Positions 20,462-30,915 of a stretch of 64,000 bases of DNA are shown here, piece after piece. Below the pieces are notes generated by a model. That model made no database searches. It was given only the letters and a program-made list of their open reading frames with translations, and was not told the DNA's origin. A program made the position numbers and the translations under genes. The stretch lies in the IMG/VR virus record IMGVR_UViG_3300042945_002173, one strand, 5' to 3'. Positions within the stretch are counted from its first letter, which is position 1, and each line of letters opens with the position of its first letter. Source of the stretch: a virus.

Positions 20462-22138
20462 ATGAGTGAAGTTTATCTTGGTAATCCCAATCTAAAAAAA
20501 GCAAATACTCAAATTGAATTTACAGAAGAACAAATTATTGAGTTCCTCAAATGTAAAGAAGATCCTGTTTATTTTGCAAGGAATTATATTAAGATTGTGT
20601 CTCTTGATCACGGTCTAGTTCCTTTTGAGATGTATCCTTTTCAGGAAAGATTGATTGAAAACTTTCATAAGAATAGATTTAACATCTGTAAGATGCCCCG
20701 ACAGACGGGTAAGTCTACTACTTGTGTATCATATCTTTTACATTATGCAGTTTTTAACGATAATGTTAATATTGCAATTCTAGCAAACAAAGCATCAACT
20801 GCTAGGGATCTTCTTGGAAGATTACAACTTGCTTACGAAAACTTGCCTAAATGGATGCAACAAGGTATTATATCTTGGAATAAGGGTAGTTTAGAATTAG
20901 AAAATGGCTCCAAGATTTCATCTAACTCTACTTCTTCATCTGCTGTCCGAGGCGGATCCTATAATGTCATCTTTCTTGACGAGTTCGCTTTCATCCCGAA
21001 TCACATTGCTGATGACTTCTTTGCCTCTGTTTATCCTACTATTTCTTCTGGACAGAGCACGAAAGTAATTATCGTATCTACTCCACGCGGTATGAATCAC
21101 TTCTACCGAATGTGGCATGATGCTGAAAGATCAAAAAATGAATACGTGCCAACTGATGTTCATTGGTCAGAAGTTCCTGGTAGGGATGAGTTATGGAAAC
21201 AGCAAACTATTGCCAACACTTCTGAGCAGCAGTTTAAGGTTGAGTTTGAGTGTGAATTCTTAGGATCTGTCAATACTCTCATTAATCCATCCAAACTAAG
21301 AAATTTAGTTTATGAGGATCCAATTAAAAGAAATGCTGGACTAGACATTTATCAAAATCCAATAGAAGAAAATAATTATCTGATAACTGTGGACGTTGCC
21401 AGAGGTCTAGGTAATGATTACTCTGCTTTTATTGTTTTTGATATTACACAGTTTCCATACAAAGTTGTAGCAAAGTATAGAAATAATGAAATTAAACCGA
21501 TGTTATTTCCAAGTATTATTCACGAAGTAGCAAAGGCATATAATAATTCTTGGTTGTTAATTGAGGTTAATGATATTGGTGATCAGGTTGCTAATATTTT
21601 ACATTTTGATTTAGAATATGATAACGTTCTTATGTGTGCAATGAGAGGACGTGCTGGGCAAATTGTTGGATCTGGATTTAGTGGAAAGAAATCTCAACTT
21701 GGGGTAAGAATGACTTCTGCCGTTAAGAAGTTGGGTTGCTCTAATTTAAAGACTTTGTTGGAAGATGATAAGTTACTGACTGTTGATTATGACATTATAT
21801 CAGAACTTACAACATTTGCACAGAGGCACAATTCTTTTGAAGCGGAAGAGGGATGTAATGATGACCTTGCAATGTGTTTAGTTATTTTTTCTTGGTTAGT
21901 TGCTCAGGATTACTTCAAGGAAATGACGGACAATGATGTTCGTAAGAGAATTTATGAGGAACAGAAAAATCAGATAGAACAGGATATGGCACCTTTTGGA
22001 TTTATTCTAGATGGTTTGGATGATGATACATTTATAGATGAGGTAACTGGTGATAGATGGATGCTTGCGAAAAAATCAGAAGATAATTGGAATTTGGATG
22101 AGTATGGTGATAGATCTTATATGTGGGAATATAGATAA
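20462..22138 (+). CDS. g17: terminase large subunit gp17
   Basis: YLGNPNLK, Walker A PRQTGKST, Walker B IFLDEFAF, nuclease DVARG..DYS. Confidence 0.97.
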   Translation: MSEVYLGNPNLKKANTQIEFTEEQIIEFLKCKEDPVYFARNYIKIVSLDHGLVPFEMYPFQERLIENFHKNRFNICKMPRQTGKSTTCVSYLLHYAVFNDNVNIAILANKASTARDLLGRLQLAYENLPKWMQQGIISWNKGSLELENGSKISSNSTSSSAVRGGSYNVIFLDEFAFIPNHIADDFFASVYPTISSGQSTKVIIVSTPRGMNHFYRMWHDAERSKNEYVPTDVHWSEVPGRDELWKQQTIANTSEQQFKVEFECEFLGSVNTLINPSKLRNLVYEDPIKRNAGLDIYQNPIEENNYLITVDVARGLGNDYSAFIVFDITQFPYKVVAKYRNNEIKPMLFPSIIHEVAKAYNNSWLLIEVNDIGDQVANILHFDLEYDNVLMCAMRGRAGQIVGSGFSGKKSQLGVRMTSAVKKLGCSNLKTLLEDDKLLTVDYDIISELTTFAQRHNSFEAEEGCNDDLAMCLVIFSWLVAQDYFKEMTDNDVRKRIYEEQKNQIEQDMAPFGFILDGLDDDTFIDEVTGDRWMLAKKSEDNWNLDEYGDRSYMWEYR

Positions 22139-22375
22139 ATGGATTTTGATATAGACGATCAAATTAATACACAACACTTATTATTTCTAGAAAGAACTTG
22201 TAGGATTTGTGGAGAAACAAAAAGTTTGATAGATGACTTTTATCTCACTCGTAAAGGTAGGGGTGCATTTCCTTCGGCATATGCATATGAGTGCAAAGAG
22301 TGTACAAAGAAAAGAGTTATATCGAATAGAAAAGGTACTTTAAAAGTAGTTGAGTGGGAATATCCTGATTGGTAA
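22139..22375 (+). CDS. small Zn-ribbon protein
   Basis: CRIC...CKEC motif; C-terminal WEYPDW. Confidence 0.7.
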   Translation: MDFDIDDQINTQHLLFLERTCRICGETKSLIDDFYLTRKGRGAFPSAYAYECKECTKKRVISNRKGTLKVVEWEYPDW

Positions 22376-22416
22376 TCGTGTTCATTGATTGTTTCCCCAA
22401 TGAAAGTAGTCTTTTT

Positions 22417-22424
22417 CATAAATA
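22417..22424 (+). promoter_or_regulatory. late promoter CATAAATA
   Basis: Upstream of g18. Confidence 0.75.
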
Positions 22425-22457
22425 TTTTCAGATTAATTCTGGAAACGGAGAATAAAG

Positions 22458-24626
22458 ATGCCTCTAAATTTAGCATCTCCTGGAATTGTAGTAAGAGAGG
22501 TTGATTTAACTATTGGTAGGGTAGATCCAGTTTCTGGTTCTGTTGCGGCACTTGTTGCACCATTCGCAAAGGGACCTGTAGATCTTCCTCAATTAATAGA
22601 AAATGAGAATGATCTCTATCAGACTTTTGGTCAACCATATTCTACGGATAAGCATTATGAGAACTGGATGGTAGCATCCTCATATCTTGCTTATGGCGGG
22701 GTAATGAGAATTAGCAGATCAGATGATACTCTTCTGAAAAATGCTTTTGTTGGTGCAGCTTCGAGTGTAAAAATTAAAAGTGGTGAGCATTATAATCAAT
22801 TAGGATATGATGAAAATACTATCACTAATGTAACCTTTGCTGCAAAGAATCCTGGTACTTGGGCGAATGGAATTAAGGTTGCAATTATCGATGCGAAAGC
22901 AGACCAAATTTTAACAGGAGTTACAACAACTAATGTTCAAGTTGGTTATGGATTTACAGTTGCTATTCCATCTGGAACAATTTTACCAGGTGTTGGATCA
23001 ACTTCTTTAATTGGTGGATATTTTAAAGGTGTTATTACAGAAGTTGGAACTTCTCGAATTTCTACCAAACTTGTAAGTGTTGTCTCTGCTGCTGGTACAG
23101 AAACCGCAGTTGATTATCAGCAAAATGGCGTTTATGCACTTCCAAACACTGGTACTGTTGCCATTCATACTAACGGGCAGTCATCAGCATTTGCATCAAG
23201 AGCATACACAGGAGAAGCAGATTGGTTTGAGCAGCAAAGCATTACTCTTAGTGTAGGAAGCATTGAGTGGGATACTATTTCAAATAGACCATCTACTTCT
23301 GCATATGTTTCCGGAAGAGGCGGTAGATTTGATGAAGTTCACGTTGTTGTAATTGATGATTTGGGAACTATTACAGGAAATGCTGGAAGTATTCTTGAGA
23401 AGCATCTAAACCTTTCTAAGGCAACTGATGCAGAATATTCAGTAGGAAGTCCTTCTTATTGGAGAAAGTATCTTGAGACCAATTCGCAATATGTATTTGG
23501 TGGTTCTCAACCAGTTGGGGTTGTTACAACTGGATTTAGTGGAAACGGTTCTGCACAATTTGAATTAAATACAGATACTGGTTGGGATCAAGATGCCGCT
23601 GGTGTAATCTTTGCAGGCACTGGATCAAATACTTATACAATGGCAGGTGGTACAAATTATGGTGGAAAAACCGATCTAACAACATCAGGTGCTCTAAATT
23701 CTGGTTTAGACGATATTGTAAGTGGTTTAACTCTATTTGAAAATACTGAGGAATATGAAGTAGACTTCATTTTGATGGGATCAGCAAACTATGAAAAAGA
23801 AGATGCTCAGGCACTTGCCAATAAGTGTATTGCTGTTGCAGAAGTTAGAAAAGATGCAGTCGCATTTATTTCACCTTATAGAAAAGCATTCCTGAATGAT
23901 TCTTCTGTTGGAACTGTAACTGTTAATAGTGTAGATACAATCACAGACAATATTATAAGTTTCTATTCGCCAGTAACATCATCAACTTATGGTGTATTTG
24001 ATAGTGGTTATAAGTATATGTACGACCGCTTTAATGATACTTTCCGTTATGTTCCATTGAATGGTGATATTGCTGGAACTTGTGCAAGAACTGATATTCA
24101 ACAGTTCCCTTGGTTCTCACCAGCAGGAACTTCAAGAGGTGCAATTCTTAATGCAGTTAAACTCGCATATAATCCAGGTAAGAGTCAAAGAGATATTCTG
24201 TATTCAAACAGAATTAACCCAGTCATCTTTTCACCAGGTGCTGGAATTATCCTGTTCGGTGATAAAACTGGATTTGCTAAGTCATCTGCATTTGATAGAA
24301 TTAATGTTCGTAGACTCTTTATTTACCTCGAAGATGCTATTTCCGCTGCGGCGAAAGATTTCCTCTTTGAGTTCAATGATGAAATCACAAGAACAAGTTT
24401 TGTAAATATTGTTGAACCATTTCTCCGCGATGTTCAATCTAAGAGAGGTATTTTTGATTATGTTGTTATTTGTGATGAAACAAATAATACAGCAGCAGTT
24501 ATTGATTCAAATGAATTTGTTGCTGACATTTATATTAAACCAGCAAGATCGATTAATTATATCGGTCTAACCTTCATTGCCACCAGAACTGGTGTTGCTT
24601 TTGAAGAAGTAATCGGTTCAGTTTAA
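22458..24626 (+). CDS. g18: tail sheath protein gp18
   Basis: LASPGIVVREVDLT, PWFSPAG..RG, FDRINVRRLF, FEFNDEITR motifs. Confidence 0.97.
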   Translation: MPLNLASPGIVVREVDLTIGRVDPVSGSVAALVAPFAKGPVDLPQLIENENDLYQTFGQPYSTDKHYENWMVASSYLAYGGVMRISRSDDTLLKNAFVGAASSVKIKSGEHYNQLGYDENTITNVTFAAKNPGTWANGIKVAIIDAKADQILTGVTTTNVQVGYGFTVAIPSGTILPGVGSTSLIGGYFKGVITEVGTSRISTKLVSVVSAAGTETAVDYQQNGVYALPNTGTVAIHTNGQSSAFASRAYTGEADWFEQQSITLSVGSIEWDTISNRPSTSAYVSGRGGRFDEVHVVVIDDLGTITGNAGSILEKHLNLSKATDAEYSVGSPSYWRKYLETNSQYVFGGSQPVGVVTTGFSGNGSAQFELNTDTGWDQDAAGVIFAGTGSNTYTMAGGTNYGGKTDLTTSGALNSGLDDIVSGLTLFENTEEYEVDFILMGSANYEKEDAQALANKCIAVAEVRKDAVAFISPYRKAFLNDSSVGTVTVNSVDTITDNIISFYSPVTSSTYGVFDSGYKYMYDRFNDTFRYVPLNGDIAGTCARTDIQQFPWFSPAGTSRGAILNAVKLAYNPGKSQRDILYSNRINPVIFSPGAGIILFGDKTGFAKSSAFDRINVRRLFIYLEDAISAAAKDFLFEFNDEITRTSFVNIVEPFLRDVQSKRGIFDYVVICDETNNTAAVIDSNEFVADIYIKPARSINYIGLTFIATRTGVAFEEVIGSV

Positions 24627-24646
24627 TTCACTAGAGGTTAAAAATC

Positions 24647-25237
24647 ATGCCAGCTAGAAACCAAATTAACCCACCCCCATTAAGAAAGATTACCGATTTC
24701 AAGAGTAAGTTAACTGGTGGTGGTGCTCGCCCTAATCTCTTTGAGGTTGTTCTAACTTTTCCAGATGCTGCACAACCAAGTACCGATGTTCTTGATAAAT
24801 CAAGATTCTTAGTAAAAGGTGCAAATCTACCAGCATCCAACGTCGCTCAAATTGAAGTTCCTTTTAGAGGAAGAGTATTAAAAATTGCAGGAGACAGAAC
24901 ATTTGATTCTTGGACTGTTACCGTCATCAACGACACTGACTTTGCGATTCGTTCTGCTTTTGAAAAGTGGATGAATGTTATTAACAGAGTGTCTGATAAC
25001 ACAGGTTTAACAAACCCAGCAGATTATCAAGCGGATGCTTATGTTTATCAACTTGATCGTGATGGATCTGCTCTAAGATCCTATCGTTTCTATGATGTGT
25101 TTCCAACTCAGGTTGCTCCTATTGAACTTACATATGATGGTCAAGGAATTGAAGAGTTCACCGTAGAACTTCAAGTTCAATGGTGGGAAGCAATTAAAGG
25201 AACTGGCACAAATGCTGGTGGTGAAGACATCAACTAA
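24647..25237 (+). CDS. g19: tail tube protein gp19
   Basis: GGARPNLFEV, AGDRTFDSWTVTVINDTDF motifs. Confidence 0.96.
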   Translation: MPARNQINPPPLRKITDFKSKLTGGGARPNLFEVVLTFPDAAQPSTDVLDKSRFLVKGANLPASNVAQIEVPFRGRVLKIAGDRTFDSWTVTVINDTDFAIRSAFEKWMNVINRVSDNTGLTNPADYQADAYVYQLDRDGSALRSYRFYDVFPTQVAPIELTYDGQGIEEFTVELQVQWWEAIKGTGTNAGGEDIN

Positions 25238-25240
25238 ATA
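25233..25240 (+). promoter_or_regulatory. late promoter ACTAAATA
   Basis: Overlaps the g19 stop, upstream of g20. Confidence 0.7.
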
Positions 25241-25269
25241 ATAGAATAACAGGCAAAAAAGATTATACT

Positions 25270-26973
25270 ATGGCAAAACTTTTTGGTTTTTCTATTGATG
25301 ATAATAAAAATAAATCTCCTTCAATAATATCGCCCGTTCCTCAAACCAATGAGGACGGGTTTGATAATTATATTGCTAGTGGTTTTTATGGACAGTATGT
25401 TGATATTGAAGGAGTTTATCGAACTGAACATGATTTAATTAAAAGATACAGAGAAATGGCACTTCACCCAGAGTGTGATGGTGCTATTGAAGATGTTGTC
25501 AATGAAGCACTTGTCAGCGATCTTTACGATTCTCCAGTTGAAATTGAACTTTCTAATTTGAATGTAAGTGAATCGTTAAAGAAAAAAATAAGAGAGGAAT
25601 TTAAGTATCTAAAAGAAATCATGGACTTTGATAGAAAGTGCCATGAAATTTTTAGAAACTGGTATATTGATGGTAGAATTTATTATTTAAAGGTCATCGA
25701 TCTCAAAAATCCTCAGGCAGGGATTCAGGATTTGAGATATATTGATCCTATGAAGATGAGATATATTCGTCAAGAAAAGAAGAATAAAGATCCATATGCA
25801 AGAGTAAATGTAAAAAATACTGAAAATTCTTTGCCACAGAATATAGAGTTTGAAGAATATTTTCTCTATACTCCGACTCCAAATTATCCAACAGGAATGG
25901 TTTCTGGTGCTGGTTCTGGTAAAGCAGTAAAAATTGCAAAGGATTCCATTGTCTATTGCACTTCTGGTCTTGTAGATAGAAATAAAAATACCGTACTTTC
26001 ATATCTACATAAAGCAATTAAAGCACTTAATCAACTTCGTATGATTGAGGACTCTCTTGTAATCTATAGATTATCGAGAGCACCTGAGCGTAGAATTTTT
26101 TATATTGATGTTGGTAACCTTCCAAAGGTAAAAGCAGAGCAATACCTTAAAGAAGTAATGAATCGCTATCGCAATAAACTAGTTTATGATGCAGGAACTG
26201 GTGAAGTTCGTGATGATCGTAAATTTATGTCTATGATGGAGGATTTTTGGCTTCCTCGTCGTGAAGGAGGTAGAGGAACTGAAATTACTACTCTTCCTGG
26301 CGGTCAAAATCTTGGAGAACTTGCAGACATTGAGTATTTCCAGAAAAAACTGTATAGAGCACTTGGAGTTCCAGAGTCAAGAATCGCCGGAAGTGGAGAT
26401 GGATTTAATCTTGGCAGATCTTCTGAAATTTTAAGAGATGAACTTAAATTTGCTAAGTTTGTCGGTCGTTTGAGAAAAAGATTTGCTCAAATGTTTAATG
26501 ACATGTTGAGAACGCAATTGATTCTCAAAAACATTGTTTCTCCCGATGATTGGGAAATGATGGCAGATCATATTCAATATGATTTCTTGTATGATAACCA
26601 GTTTGCTGAACTTAAAGAGGCAGAACTTCTTAATGGTCGTTTAGGAACACTAGCAACCATTGAACCTTATATTGGAAAATATTTCTCAACAGAATATGTA
26701 AGAAAGAAAATTCTTCGTCAAACTGATTCTGAAATTATTGAAATTGATGAGCAAATTGAAGATGAAATTCAAAAGGGTATTATTCCAGATCCCTCTCAAA
26801 TAGATCCAATTACCGGAGCACCACTACCACAACCAGGAGAAGGTAATGGTATGGCGGGAATGGGTCAAGATGCAATGGGAATGGGAGAAGTTCCATCTGA
26901 ACCAAACCTAGATGCACAAGCGTCAGTAACAGATGCTCAGATGCAAAAAGATGCCAAAAAGGCTGAGATATAA
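25270..26973 (+). CDS. g20: portal protein gp20
   Basis: IYRLSRAPERRIFYIDVGNLPK, EDFWLPRREGGRGTEITTLPGG. Confidence 0.98.
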   Translation: MAKLFGFSIDDNKNKSPSIISPVPQTNEDGFDNYIASGFYGQYVDIEGVYRTEHDLIKRYREMALHPECDGAIEDVVNEALVSDLYDSPVEIELSNLNVSESLKKKIREEFKYLKEIMDFDRKCHEIFRNWYIDGRIYYLKVIDLKNPQAGIQDLRYIDPMKMRYIRQEKKNKDPYARVNVKNTENSLPQNIEFEEYFLYTPTPNYPTGMVSGAGSGKAVKIAKDSIVYCTSGLVDRNKNTVLSYLHKAIKALNQLRMIEDSLVIYRLSRAPERRIFYIDVGNLPKVKAEQYLKEVMNRYRNKLVYDAGTGEVRDDRKFMSMMEDFWLPRREGGRGTEITTLPGGQNLGELADIEYFQKKLYRALGVPESRIAGSGDGFNLGRSSEILRDELKFAKFVGRLRKRFAQMFNDMLRTQLILKNIVSPDDWEMMADHIQYDFLYDNQFAELKEAELLNGRLGTLATIEPYIGKYFSTEYVRKKILRQTDSEIIEIDEQIEDEIQKGIIPDPSQIDPITGAPLPQPGEGNGMAGMGQDAMGMGEVPSEPNLDAQASVTDAQMQKDAKKAEI

Positions 26974-26976
26974 ATA
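26969..26976 (+). promoter_or_regulatory. late promoter TATAAATA
   Basis: Exact consensus upstream of the ORF at 27002. Confidence 0.8.
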
Positions 26977-27001
26977 AAGAATAGGAATATATTTTAATTT
27001 T

Positions 27002-27181
27002 ATGGAAGACCTTATCGATTTGATTGCGACAGATGCTGCTGCATCCGATATTCGTGACAAAATTCACGATGTTCTTTATTCAAAAGCAGCAGAAAGAATT
27101 GAACTTGCAAAACCAATCGTTGCCTCATCAATGTTTGGTGAAAGTGAGTATGAAGATGCACAAACTCAGGAAGAGGAATAA
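27002..27181 (+). CDS. small acidic prohead core protein (gp67-like position); not in ORF track
   Basis: 59-aa ORF MEDLIDLIATDAAASDIRDKIHDVLYSKAAERIELAKPIVASSMFGESEYEDAQTQEEE after a late promoter, between g20 and g21. Confidence 0.7.
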   Translation: MEDLIDLIATDAAASDIRDKIHDVLYSKAAERIELAKPIVASSMFGESEYEDAQTQEEE

Positions 27182-27447
27182 TGACAACAAAAATTTTAGC
27201 AGATGAGCTAAATTTGCCAACCACAACAGGAACAGCTACAAGTTTTAGTGCAGCAACAGTTGTTCGTCTTGTGAATACAGATACGACTCCACATATTGTA
27301 ACAGTAGTTGAAACTCAAAGTGGAACGGGTATTGGTTCAATCACAATGCCTGCTGGAACAGTTGAGCAAATTGTTAAGATTGCAAGTCATTGTGTATTTG
27401 CTGATAGCAATAAGGTCAAAGGTGCAAAAGTAGGATTTACAAACTAA
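27181..27447 (+). CDS. hypothetical protein in head cluster
   Basis: TAATG coupling; 88 aa, beta-rich. Confidence 0.7.
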   Translation: MTTKILADELNLPTTTGTATSFSAATVVRLVNTDTTPHIVTVVETQSGTGIGSITMPAGTVEQIVKIASHCVFADSNKVKGAKVGFTN

Positions 27448-27451
27448 AACA

Positions 27452-28102
27452 ATGAAACTCATCACAGAAGAAATTTCAAAAGTAGAATTTATTACCGAAG
27501 GTAAAGGATCTGCAAAAAAATCCTATATCAAAGGTATTTTCTTGCAGGCAGAACAAGTCAACAGAAATGGCAGAATGTATCCTCTTTCTATTATGGAAAG
27601 AGAGGTAAATCGCTATAATGAAGCATTTGTTCAAAAAGGTCGTGCTCTTGGAGAACTCGGTCACCCTGATGGACCTACCGTAAATCTTGATAGAGTTTCA
27701 CATAAAATTTGTGAACTTTATAAAGATGGTAATAATTTTATTGGTAAGGCACAACTTTTAGAAACTCCAATGGGTAAGATTGCAAAATCTCTCATTAGTG
27801 AGGGAGTTTGCCTTGGCGTTTCTTCTCGTGGTGTTGGTTCATTAAAGATGACCAATGAGGGTCATAAAGTTGTTGGTGAAGATTTTATGTTAGCAACTGC
27901 TGCTGATATCGTTGCCGACCCTTCTGCTCCTGACGCTTTTGTTCAGGGAATTATGGAAGGTAAAGAGTGGGTTTGGGAAGGTGGAATTCTTCGTGAAAGA
28001 CTTGCCGAGCAAACTCAAAAGAGAATTAATACTCTCGTAGATCAAAAAAGACTTGAAGAGCATAAGTTGAATTTATTCAACGATTTCCTCTCAAATCTTT
28101 AA
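27452..28102 (+). CDS. g21: prohead protease gp21
   Basis: NRNGRMYP, ALGELGHP, GVSSRGVGS, DIVADPSAPDA motifs. Confidence 0.97.
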   Translation: MKLITEEISKVEFITEGKGSAKKSYIKGIFLQAEQVNRNGRMYPLSIMEREVNRYNEAFVQKGRALGELGHPDGPTVNLDRVSHKICELYKDGNNFIGKAQLLETPMGKIAKSLISEGVCLGVSSRGVGSLKMTNEGHKVVGEDFMLATAADIVADPSAPDAFVQGIMEGKEWVWEGGILRERLAEQTQKRINTLVDQKRLEEHKLNLFNDFLSNL

Positions 28103-28104
28103 TT

Positions 28105-28116
28105 TATAAATAAATA
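28105..28116 (+). promoter_or_regulatory. late promoter(s) TATAAATAAATA
   Basis: Consensus plus an overlapping second TAAATA, upstream of g22. Confidence 0.8.
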
Positions 28117-28142
28117 TAGATTATCACAGAATCTAAACAAAA

Positions 28143-29225
28143 ATGTCCGTTGGTAGCAATTTACAAGAAATGGAAAACGTAGTAACCAAAGGGGCTGCAC
28201 CTGCTGAGCCAATGCCTTCGGCTGGTATTCCAGTTGAAGATCTCGGCGGTCCTACTCCTGATAATTATCGTCCAGACGACGATTCAGCAGCACTCAAAAC
28301 TCCTGGCGCAACTCTTGCTCAGGTCAAAGATGTTGTTAACGCAAAAGCGGTAAGAGCAGAAGAGACCGAAGTAGAGGAAGAAGTCATCGAAGAGGAGACT
28401 GAAGAGGAAGAGGATCTTGAAGGTGGCGAAGAAGGTGGTGAAGAGGAAGTTGAAGAGGAAGAAGAAGAAGTCGTAGAAGAAGATTTCAACATCGAAGAAG
28501 ATGTTAATGCTCTTCTAGCGGGTGAAGAACTCTCTGAAGAATTCCAAGAGAAAGCACGTACAATCTTTGAGGCAGCAATTAAATCAAGAGTTGCTGAAAT
28601 CAAAGAATCCCTTCAAGAATCGTATGCTGCTGCTCTTGTAGAAGAGCTTGATGCAATTAAGACTCAACTCACCGAAAGAGTTGATTCTTATCTTGAGTAT
28701 GTTGCTGATGAGTGGTTCCAAGAGAATGCACTCGCAGTAGAGCACGGTCTTAAGACCGAAATGACTGAATCATTCCTTGTAGGAATGAAGAGTCTTTTTG
28801 AAGATCATTATGTAACAATCCCTGAAGATAGATATGATGTAATCGAGAGCATGGTAGATAAACTTGATGAAATGGAAGAAAAACTCAACGAGCAAATCGA
28901 AAGAAACGTTGCTCTGAATAGAAGATTAGCTGAGTCGGTTGCTGATGTAATCTTTGCAGATGTCGCTGAGGGTCTCGCACTTTCTCAGAAGGACAAACTC
29001 GCTTCTCTTGCTGAAAATGTTGAGTTTGAAAGTGAAGCAGACTATCGTGAGAAGCTAGTAACTCTGAGGGAATCATATTTCCCATCAAACGCTGGTACTC
29101 AAAGAAGCGCAAGTGAGAATCTTTCGGAAGAAGTAACCACAGATGAGAAAGAGGCTCTTAATGAGTCCATTTCTCCAATGATGGCTGCTTACTTACAGAC
29201 TCTTTCAAGAGCTTCTAAAAAGTGA
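28143..29225 (+). CDS. g22: prohead core scaffold gp22
   Basis: Very acidic; LSEEFQEKARTIFEAA, VDSYLEYVADEW motifs; lies before g23. Confidence 0.95.
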   Translation: MSVGSNLQEMENVVTKGAAPAEPMPSAGIPVEDLGGPTPDNYRPDDDSAALKTPGATLAQVKDVVNAKAVRAEETEVEEEVIEEETEEEEDLEGGEEGGEEEVEEEEEEVVEEDFNIEEDVNALLAGEELSEEFQEKARTIFEAAIKSRVAEIKESLQESYAAALVEELDAIKTQLTERVDSYLEYVADEWFQENALAVEHGLKTEMTESFLVGMKSLFEDHYVTIPEDRYDVIESMVDKLDEMEEKLNEQIERNVALNRRLAESVADVIFADVAEGLALSQKDKLASLAENVEFESEADYREKLVTLRESYFPSNAGTQRSASENLSEEVTTDEKEALNESISPMMAAYLQTLSRASKK

Positions 29226-29277
29226 TTTTTAGATTATACTCAAACAACAACACTTTTTAAAAAGAGGTAAAAATCAA

Positions 29278-30675
29278 ATGCAAATGTTCAATGCCGAGCA
29301 TCTGCAGGAGAAGTGGGCACCAATCCTCGACTATGATGGTCTTGATCCAATCAAAGATTCACATCGTAGAGCGGTAACCGCAATCCTGCTTGAAAACCAA
29401 GAAAGAGAACTTCGTGAAGAGAGAGCATTCCTCTCCGAAGCTCCAACCGTAAACACCAACAGTGGCGCTAATGCAGGTTTCTCTGCTGGTGCTTCTGCCC
29501 CTGTTGCTGGTTTCGACCCTGTTCTGATCTCCCTGATTAGACGTTCAATGCCTAACCTGGTCGCTTATGACCTCGCTGGCGTTCAACCAATGAACGGTCC
29601 TACTGGACTGATCTTCGCAATGCGCTCTAAGTACACCAACATGAGCGGCACCGAAGCACTGTTCAACGAAGCAGATACTGCATTCTCTGGACAGGACAGC
29701 GGATTCAACCTCACCAACGGATTTACCGCAGGTAACGTTGGTATGGGTACAACCACTCAGCGTGGAACCAATCCTGGTCTTCTGGATGCTACCTATCCTG
29801 CAACCGGTGACGCAACTACCTACAACGTAGGTCAGGGTATGCGTACCGATGATGCAGAGAATCTTGGTCAGACCAGTGGCGACCACTTTAACGAGATGGC
29901 ATTCTCGATCGAGAAAGTCACCGTTACTGCTAAGTCACGTGCTCTGAAAGCTGAGTACTCGCTCGAACTCGCACAAGACCTGAAGGCAATTCACGGTCTG
30001 AATGCAGAAGCTGAGCTTGCTAACATCCTCAGCACTGAGATCCTCGCTGAAATCAACCGCGAAGTTATCCGTACCATCTATAACGTTGCTGAGTCTGGTG
30101 CTCAGGCAAACGTTGCTACCGCTGGTACTTTCGACCTCGACGTTGACTCCAACGGTCGTTGGTCAGTTGAGAAGTTCAAGGGTCTGATCTTCCAGATCGA
30201 GCGTGACGCAAACGCTATCGCCCAGAGAACTCGTCGTGGCAAGGGTAACATGATCCTCTGCTCTGCTGACGTTGCTTCGGCACTCACCATGGCAGGTGTT
30301 CTTGATTACACCCCTGCACTCAACGCTAACCTCAACGTTGATGACACTGGTAACACCTTCGCTGGTGTTCTGCAAGGTAAGTATCGTGTTTATATCGATC
30401 CTTATGCTGCAAACGTATCTGCTAACCAGTACTACGTTGTTGGTTATAAAGGTTCTTCTCCTTATGATGCTGGTCTGTTCTACTGCCCATATGTACCTCT
30501 CCAGATGGTACGTGCAGTTGGTCAGGACACCTTCCAGCCTAAGATCGGCTTCAAGACTCGTTATGGAATTGTTGCTAACCCATTCTCGCAGGGTACTAGC
30601 GCAATCAGCGGTGCTGGTCTTGATCGTAACGCAAACCGTTACTACAGAAGAGTCAAGGTTACCAATTTAATGTGA
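29278..30675 (+). CDS. g23: major capsid protein gp23
   Basis: GVQPMNGPTGLIFAMR, SRALKAEYSLELAQDLKAIHGL, FQPKIGFKTRYG. Confidence 0.99.
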   Translation: MQMFNAEHLQEKWAPILDYDGLDPIKDSHRRAVTAILLENQERELREERAFLSEAPTVNTNSGANAGFSAGASAPVAGFDPVLISLIRRSMPNLVAYDLAGVQPMNGPTGLIFAMRSKYTNMSGTEALFNEADTAFSGQDSGFNLTNGFTAGNVGMGTTTQRGTNPGLLDATYPATGDATTYNVGQGMRTDDAENLGQTSGDHFNEMAFSIEKVTVTAKSRALKAEYSLELAQDLKAIHGLNAEAELANILSTEILAEINREVIRTIYNVAESGAQANVATAGTFDLDVDSNGRWSVEKFKGLIFQIERDANAIAQRTRRGKGNMILCSADVASALTMAGVLDYTPALNANLNVDDTGNTFAGVLQGKYRVYIDPYAANVSANQYYVVGYKGSSPYDAGLFYCPYVPLQMVRAVGQDTFQPKIGFKTRYGIVANPFSQGTSAISGAGLDRNANRYYRRVKVTNLM

Positions 30676-30695
30676 TCTCGATTCACATATCTGTC

Positions 30696-30723
30696 AGACC
30701 TCCCGAAAGGGGGGTCTTTTTTT
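30696..30723 (+). terminator. rho-independent terminator after g23
   Basis: AGACCTCCC-GAAA-GGGGGGTCT followed by T7. Confidence 0.9.
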
Positions 30724-30725
30724 AT

Positions 30726-30732
30726 CTAAATA
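30726..30732 (+). promoter_or_regulatory. late promoter CTAAATA
   Basis: Immediately after the g23 terminator, 21 nt before ATG 30754. Confidence 0.75.
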
Positions 30733-30753
30733 AAAATAAAACTAGTAGTAACA

Positions 30754-30912
30754 ATGAAACCAACTCCAAGACAATCACAAGAAATTCATAAGAACTACGA
30801 AAGAGTTGTTGAGCACCTAATCAGTGAAGGTTATGCAGAAGACAAAGAGTCTGCTGATAGCATTATCTCAGGTATGAGTGAAGCGTGGTTCAATCTAATC
30901 ATTGCCGACTGA
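30754..30912 (+). CDS. 52-aa standalone 'HLxxEGYA..MSExW' module protein; not in ORF track
   Basis: MKPTPRQSQEIHKNYERVVEHLISEGYAEDKESADSIISGMSEAWFNLIIAD; own late promoter; similar to internal modules of the ORFs at 41448 and 42167. Confidence 0.8.
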   Translation: MKPTPRQSQEIHKNYERVVEHLISEGYAEDKESADSIISGMSEAWFNLIIAD

Positions 30913-30915
30913 TAA

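Noticed and set aside
27024-27206. 60-aa + strand ORF in the track
   Set aside because: Wrong frame; the 27002-27181 ORF has an ATG, follows the late promoter and couples to the next gene
28360-28500. GAA-rich repetitive tract
   Set aside because: Encodes the normal poly-Glu region of scaffold gp22; not an independent repeat element or array
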